Assembly: GCA_963681965.1 (NCBI GenBank)
Contig: OY820579.1
Location: forward strand, 3,360,001-3,424,000
Source: a bacterium
Lineage (GTDB): Bacteria; Electryoneota; JAOADG01
DNA length: 64,000 bases
Reading direction: 5' to 3'
The notes beneath the pieces were generated by a model, which was given only the letters and a program-made list of their open reading frames with translations, was not told where the DNA came from and made no database searches. Positions within the stretch are counted from its first letter, which is position 1, and each line of letters opens with the position of its first letter. The translations under genes and the position numbers were made by a program. This document shows, piece after piece, positions 59,091-64,000 of the stretch.

Positions 59091-59339
59091 TTATATCGGC
59101 TTTCATCGACGTTTGTAGTAAGCGGATTTGTATAAGAGATGGATTGTCAAATCGTTGTTGGAGATATAACAAAACTGAAATCTAGATTGTAGAATTTAAT
59201 GAAGTATCAAATTGTTGCAGTGTTTCGAAATAAATCGAAAGGTACTCGGATGACGATCAAATATAATATTGTAATTCGAGTTGAACGAAAATACCATGCA
59301 ATTGAACAGAATATTTTAGTCAACGTCAGGGAGTTTGAA

Positions 59340-59984
59340 TTAATTGTTTCCTGTTGAATTGCCGATTAATCCGTGATCCAGCGCATAACGCACCATCTTT
59401 ACGTCGTTGTCGACATGAAACTTTTCCCAAATTCTGGTGTGGTACGTACTCACGGTTTTTGGACTGATAAACAATTCATCGGCAATCTCCTTAATTGACT
59501 TTCCGGACGAGAGAAGCTGTAATACAGCATACTCGCGATCGGTTAATTCGGTATGCGAATGCTGAGTCGCGTAACTAATTTCCGCTGCAAGACGCTCAGC
59601 GGTTGCAGCACTGACGTATCGCTCGCCATACAGTATTTTCTTGACAGCTTTGTACAATTCTTCCGGTGCTGTTTGCTTATTTAAAAAACCGTTCGCTCCC
59701 AATTTCAACACCCGGATCGCCAATTGTTCCTCCGGAGCACTACTTAAAACCAGTACGGGTAGTTTCGGATACAAGCGCCGAATATCCAGCAAAACATCGA
59801 GTCCGCTTCTTCCAGGCATAAAAATATCCAAAACTAAAATGTCCCAACTTTGTTGCGACAAGCATTCCAACGTTTCAGCAGAATTTCCCGCTTCGCCGAA
59901 TTGAGCATCAGGATATTTATCGACTAGAATCTGAATTAGACCTCTCCGTAATAATTGGTGATCGTCTGCGATTAAAATCTTCAT
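59340..59984 (-). CDS. NarL/LuxR-family response regulator (GacA/UvrY-like)
   Basis: ILIADDH, VLDIFMPG, LTDREYAV, ISPKTVSTY HTH. Confidence 0.93.
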   Translation of the reverse strand: MKILIADDHQLLRRGLIQILVDKYPDAQFGEAGNSAETLECLSQQSWDILVLDIFMPGRSGLDVLLDIRRLYPKLPVLVLSSAPEEQLAIRVLKLGANGFLNKQTAPEELYKAVKKILYGERYVSAATAERLAAEISYATQHSHTELTDREYAVLQLLSSGKSIKEIADELFISPKTVSTYHTRIWEKFHVDNDVKMVRYALDHGLIGNSTGNN

Positions 59985-59989
59985 CGTTA

Positions 59990-62900
59990 TTACTCCTGTG
60001 CATCGATCTTGCTATTGAGTGGAACGGACACGTTGATCGTGGTTCCGATTTGTTGCTGACTCGAAATATCAAAATTACCATTCAACAATAAGGCACGTTC
60101 CCGCATTCCCACCAATCCGATCGACATCGGACTATTCAGTATTTCTGTTGATATTCCTCTTCCATTGTCTCGAACAGTAAGCTCGACATGATCGCAAGTG
60201 TGGACCAGTCTAATATCGACCTGAGTCGCGTGAGAGTGTCGCAATATGTTTGTCAAGCTTTCCTGAAGAATGCGGAAGATGGTGGTTGATGAATTTCGAT
60301 CCGGAGACTGTCCCTCTTCTACGATATCGGTGCGACATGCAATCCCGCAACGGGTTTGAAAATCGTGAGCCAACCATTCCACCGCTGCACTTAATCCAAG
60401 ACTGTCGAGAACTGCAGGTCTAAGTTCGGTAGCGATCTCTTGTACCGAACGAATTGCTTCGTCAGTCATTTGACTCATTTCGATGACGCGATTGGCTAAT
60501 GCTTCCATTGAAAAATTCTTCGATGTATCGCTCATTCTTCCATTCAACCATACTAAATCGATTTTTAATCGTGTCAAGATTTGAGATAATACGTCATGAA
60601 TTTCACGAGCGATATGCGTGCGTTCCTCTTCGCGCGCCACTTGCAATCTTGCAGCCAATGTACGCATTTGATGATGGGAAATTCGAAGCTCTTCCTCGGC
60701 ACGTTTGTGTTCGGTGATATCGCGCGAGATGCCGATAAGTCTAGAAACACGTCCGGTTTCGTCCTTTGCCGGTATTATGACCGATTGAAAACAATGTCGT
60801 CCGCTAGGAAGATCCAATTCAACTTCTTCTTCTATCGGAAGTTCTGTTTCCACACACCGACGGTATTTGGCATTAACGATGGCAGCAACTTCAGGTGGAA
60901 CAGTTTCCTCCTGAGTCTTCCCAACGGAAAAAGATCGGGGAATCCCGGTAGATCGCTCGAGAGCGGGATTAACTTCAACGGTGCGGAATCGTCCGTCATC
61001 GGTTACATCAATCAAGTATAAACTGTCGAGAACATTGTCGAATATATCGCGATACCGTCGTTCACTCTCGCGAATCGCTTCTTCGGCATGCTTGTGTTCC
61101 GTGATATCGCGAAGGAACATGACCAGTTGTCCACTTTCGATGTCGTGATATTTTACACTAACTTCAACATCGAAAACACTGCCATCCCTGCGACGATGTC
61201 TAGTTTCAAAGCGATCTTCACCTTGTTCGATAACCTTGCGAATATGAGTGGCAACATCACTTTTTGATTCGACATCTTCGAGGTCGGAAATGCTCATCTT
61301 GAGGAGTGTAGACTCATTAAAGCAGATCATTCGGCAATAGGCATCGTTGACTTTCAATAAACGACCGGACAAATCCGTCATCCAGAAACCATCCATTGCA
61401 GTTTTGAGGATTGTGCTGTAGAGTCTTTCACTCCGAAGCAGCGCGTTTTCGATCCGTTTACGCTCGGATATGTCCTCGACAATTCCGTCAAGGAAAAGAA
61501 TCCGACCTTCGGTATCGCATACTTTTTTTAAGTAAAGATTGGCGTCGAATTGACTTCCATTTTTTCTGCGGTATTTGTTTTGGATCTGAATCGATTCGTC
61601 CGAGTGAAATAATCGGTCGATTATTAGACTGCGGTCAGTTTCATTCGCATATACTTGTTTGCCGATATCGTGAATTTCATGAATTACCGTTTCGGGTGAA
61701 TCGTAACCGAGCATGTCGGCAAATGCCGGATTGACTTCAAGAAACTTTCCTTCGATTGTCGACCGGAAAATTCCGAGGGCTGAATTCGTGAATATTGTTC
61801 GATATTTTTCTTCGCTTTTGCGTAACTCTTCTTCAATTTGTTTATGATCGGTGATATCTTGCAACGAACCAAAAAGCCGCCGAACATTTCCGACGGAATC
61901 GAATTCAGCATGTCCTCGAGCCAAACATATTCTCATTTCACCGTCAGTTCGGAAAGCGCGTAGTTCCAACTCGTAAGGTGTTCCATCCGACAATGCCTTC
62001 GCTACGGCTACTTTCAACTGAACCATGTCTTCAGGATGGTAGAGTTCGGGATGTTCTGCAAAGGATGGGGCTTTTCCCGCTGGGTTACGATCAAATATCC
62101 GATACAATTCTTCCGACCAAGTCACTGAGTCGGTTGCCACTTCCCATTCCCAACTCCCAATATGTGCAATACTCTCAGTTCGCTCCAGCATAATTTGTTT
62201 ATGCTGAAGTGTTTCTTGAGATAGATCGTTTTGTGCTCTCATTCGCAGAGAAGTGATTCCAAATGCCAGATCGCCAGCAAGTTCCTCAAGCAATCGAATT
62301 TCATCAGGAGTAAATGTATTGGGTTTTGAAGAATAGATATTGAATATTCCAAAAGTAAGATTGCGTTCGTCTTTGAGCGGTAGTGCAATACTCGAGCGGT
62401 AATTCTGTTTCAGCGCATTGTCTCGCCAAGGACCAGCGATCGGATCGGAGTCGAAATCTTGAATGGTCGCGGTTGTTCCACTACGGATCGCCATTCCACT
62501 TGGTCCATTTCCTCGTTCAGTTGCTGCCCAAGACAATTTTGCTCGCTTAAGAAAGCCATCCTCAGCTCCAGCACAACTGACTACTTGTATTGACTTTGCT
62601 TCGTCATTAACAGGATATCCGACCCAAGCCATGCGGTAACCAGCTTCGTCGCACACAATATGGCATATTTCGCTAAGTAATGTTGCTTCGTCTTTCGCGC
62701 GAACCAAGATCTGGTTGCAATTGCTGATTGCACGCAACTCGCGATTCAATAGGTGTAAAGCTTCTTCAGCTTGTTCTTTTTTTGCTTTAGTTCGTAAAGT
62801 CGAGATGCCAAATCCAAGGTCACCTGCCAACTCGACTAAAATATCAACCTCATTTTTATCAAAGGAATTTTTATTGGCAGAGTAGATACCTAGCGCACCG

Positions 62901-64000
62901 ATTGTTTCACTCTCGCAAATGAGTGGTAATGCAATTAGAGAATTAAAACCGCGTTGAATTGCTGATTCTCGCCATGGGACAAAATTAGAATCAGTCAAGA
63001 TGTCTCGGACAATACACGGTTTCCCAGATCGAATTGCAGAACCTCCAGGACCTCGCCCACGTTCGTTCTCTCCCCAACTAATTTTGGCAGATTCAATATA
63101 CCCGGAATCGAAACCAGCATGTGCTACCGGTTGTAAGGTTTGATCTTCATCATGCTCGGCAAACCCCACCCAGGCTATGCGGTAACCACCTATTTCAACG
63201 ATAATTCGACAAACCTCGTCCAGTAGTGAACCTTCGTCCTTAATACGAATCAGTGCTTGATTAACATCGCTTAGCATACGCAGGTTTCGGTTTAAATTTT
63301 CAATATTTGATTCAGCGAGTTTACGTTCGGTGATATCGACAAAGGATACAAGTATCTGCTCGATTTCGCCCGTTTCGTCGAATTCAGGCTCAGCATTCAC
63401 CAACACCCAAGTGATTTCATCCCGATCAGGACAACTGATTCCGGCTAAATAATCCCTTAGCGGTTGATTAGATTTAAGTACTCGACCAATAGGGTATTCC
63501 GCGATCGGCATGATCGAACCGTCTTCTCGCAGAAAGTGCCAATCGGGATCGATTAACTCCTTGCCCTGTAACTGTTCCTCTGTAAGTCCGAGTAGTCGTT
63601 GTGCTAGAGGATTACTTGTCAGGATGCGACCCTGATTGTCGTGAAGTACAATCGCTGCTTGAACCTTCTGAATTAGTGACCGGTATTTTTCCGCACTAGT
63701 TCGTAATTCCACCTCAAGCTCAGCAAGCGTATCCAACATAATATTGAACTCACTTGCAATCGTGGCTGCTTCATCTTTTCCAGAGACTTTAGAACGTGCA
63801 GTTCTATTTCCGGTGCGTATTTCGCCGATCGTGTTTTGAACTACGTAAAGTCTTCGGGTAATGCGTCGTCCCATTTGCCAAGCGATCAACACACCAATTG
63901 CAATTGCCGCAAGTGCATAGAACGCACCGTAGAGTATGATTTCAGTTAATCTTTTACTGGCAGTATTTTGACCCAGACCGACACGTGCCCAACCCACTAG
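59990..64000 (-). CDS. Membrane sensor histidine kinase (TM-HAMP, PAS, 2 GAF, 4 PAS, HisKA_3, HATPase); 5' end outside window
   Basis: REEERTHIAREIHD, FRILQESLTNILRHS, DNGRG, GLVGMRER; frame open to the window edge. Confidence 0.93.
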   Translation of the reverse strand, partial: LVGWARVGLGQNTASKRLTEIILYGAFYALAAIAIGVLIAWQMGRRITRRLYVVQNTIGEIRTGNRTARSKVSGKDEAATIASEFNIMLDTLAELEVELRTSAEKYRSLIQKVQAAIVLHDNQGRILTSNPLAQRLLGLTEEQLQGKELIDPDWHFLREDGSIMPIAEYPIGRVLKSNQPLRDYLAGISCPDRDEITWVLVNAEPEFDETGEIEQILVSFVDITERKLAESNIENLNRNLRMLSDVNQALIRIKDEGSLLDEVCRIIVEIGGYRIAWVGFAEHDEDQTLQPVAHAGFDSGYIESAKISWGENERGRGPGGSAIRSGKPCIVRDILTDSNFVPWRESAIQRGFNSLIALPLICESETIGALGIYSANKNSFDKNEVDILVELAGDLGFGISTLRTKAKKEQAEEALHLLNRELRAISNCNQILVRAKDEATLLSEICHIVCDEAGYRMAWVGYPVNDEAKSIQVVSCAGAEDGFLKRAKLSWAATERGNGPSGMAIRSGTTATIQDFDSDPIAGPWRDNALKQNYRSSIALPLKDERNLTFGIFNIYSSKPNTFTPDEIRLLEELAGDLAFGITSLRMRAQNDLSQETLQHKQIMLERTESIAHIGSWEWEVATDSVTWSEELYRIFDRNPAGKAPSFAEHPELYHPEDMVQLKVAVAKALSDGTPYELELRAFRTDGEMRICLARGHAEFDSVGNVRRLFGSLQDITDHKQIEEELRKSEEKYRTIFTNSALGIFRSTIEGKFLEVNPAFADMLGYDSPETVIHEIHDIGKQVYANETDRSLIIDRLFHSDESIQIQNKYRRKNGSQFDANLYLKKVCDTEGRILFLDGIVEDISERKRIENALLRSERLYSTILKTAMDGFWMTDLSGRLLKVNDAYCRMICFNESTLLKMSISDLEDVESKSDVATHIRKVIEQGEDRFETRHRRRDGSVFDVEVSVKYHDIESGQLVMFLRDITEHKHAEEAIRESERRYRDIFDNVLDSLYLIDVTDDGRFRTVEVNPALERSTGIPRSFSVGKTQEETVPPEVAAIVNAKYRRCVETELPIEEEVELDLPSGRHCFQSVIIPAKDETGRVSRLIGISRDITEHKRAEEELRISHHQMRTLAARLQVAREEERTHIAREIHDVLSQILTRLKIDLVWLNGRMSDTSKNFSMEALANRVIEMSQMTDEAIRSVQEIATELRPAVLDSLGLSAAVEWLAHDFQTRCGIACRTDIVEEGQSPDRNSSTTIFRILQESLTNILRHSHATQVDIRLVHTCDHVELTVRDNGRGISTEILNSPMSIGLVGMRERALLLNGNFDISSQQQIGTTINVSVPLNSKIDAQE

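Overview
Bacterial window, probably from an FCB-superphylum lineage: several secreted proteins end in a PNPFN...K(A/I/V)VLLK T9SS type-A-like sorting domain. 1-7.5 kb looks chromosomal: an LVIVD/T9SS protein, a REP-like palindrome cluster, a BACON/LamG secreted protein, lipB, a ferredoxin-fused GGR-family flavoprotein and tRNA-Thr(CGT). 7.5-31.3 kb is a decayed island bounded by tRNA-Thr and a duplicated 3' tRNA fragment. It carries two giant paralogous beta-helix T9SS proteins (one frameshifted), IS630 and backbone-gene remnants, and an operon V4R - NiFe hydrogenase small/large - ferredoxin - V4R - protease - soluble MCP with a duplicated signalling tip. 31.9-46.4 kb holds a 3879-aa modular surface protein translationally coupled to an adenylate cyclase-STAND-TPR protein. 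Next come a second att-like remnant (95-bp arm plus decayed tRNA-Arg-like sequence) and an intact IS630. 48-64 kb is a minus-strand signalling cluster: HisKA_3 kinase, GacA/UvrY-like regulator, REC, MCP, CheW, GAF-PAS protein, corrinoid protein, MtaA/UroD-fold protein lacking its Zn ligands, and a hybrid kinase. The best candidates for undescribed systems are the corrinoid/pseudo-methyltransferase-kinase module and the hydrogenase-V4R-double-tip-MCP module. All family calls are from motif recognition by eye; no searches were run.
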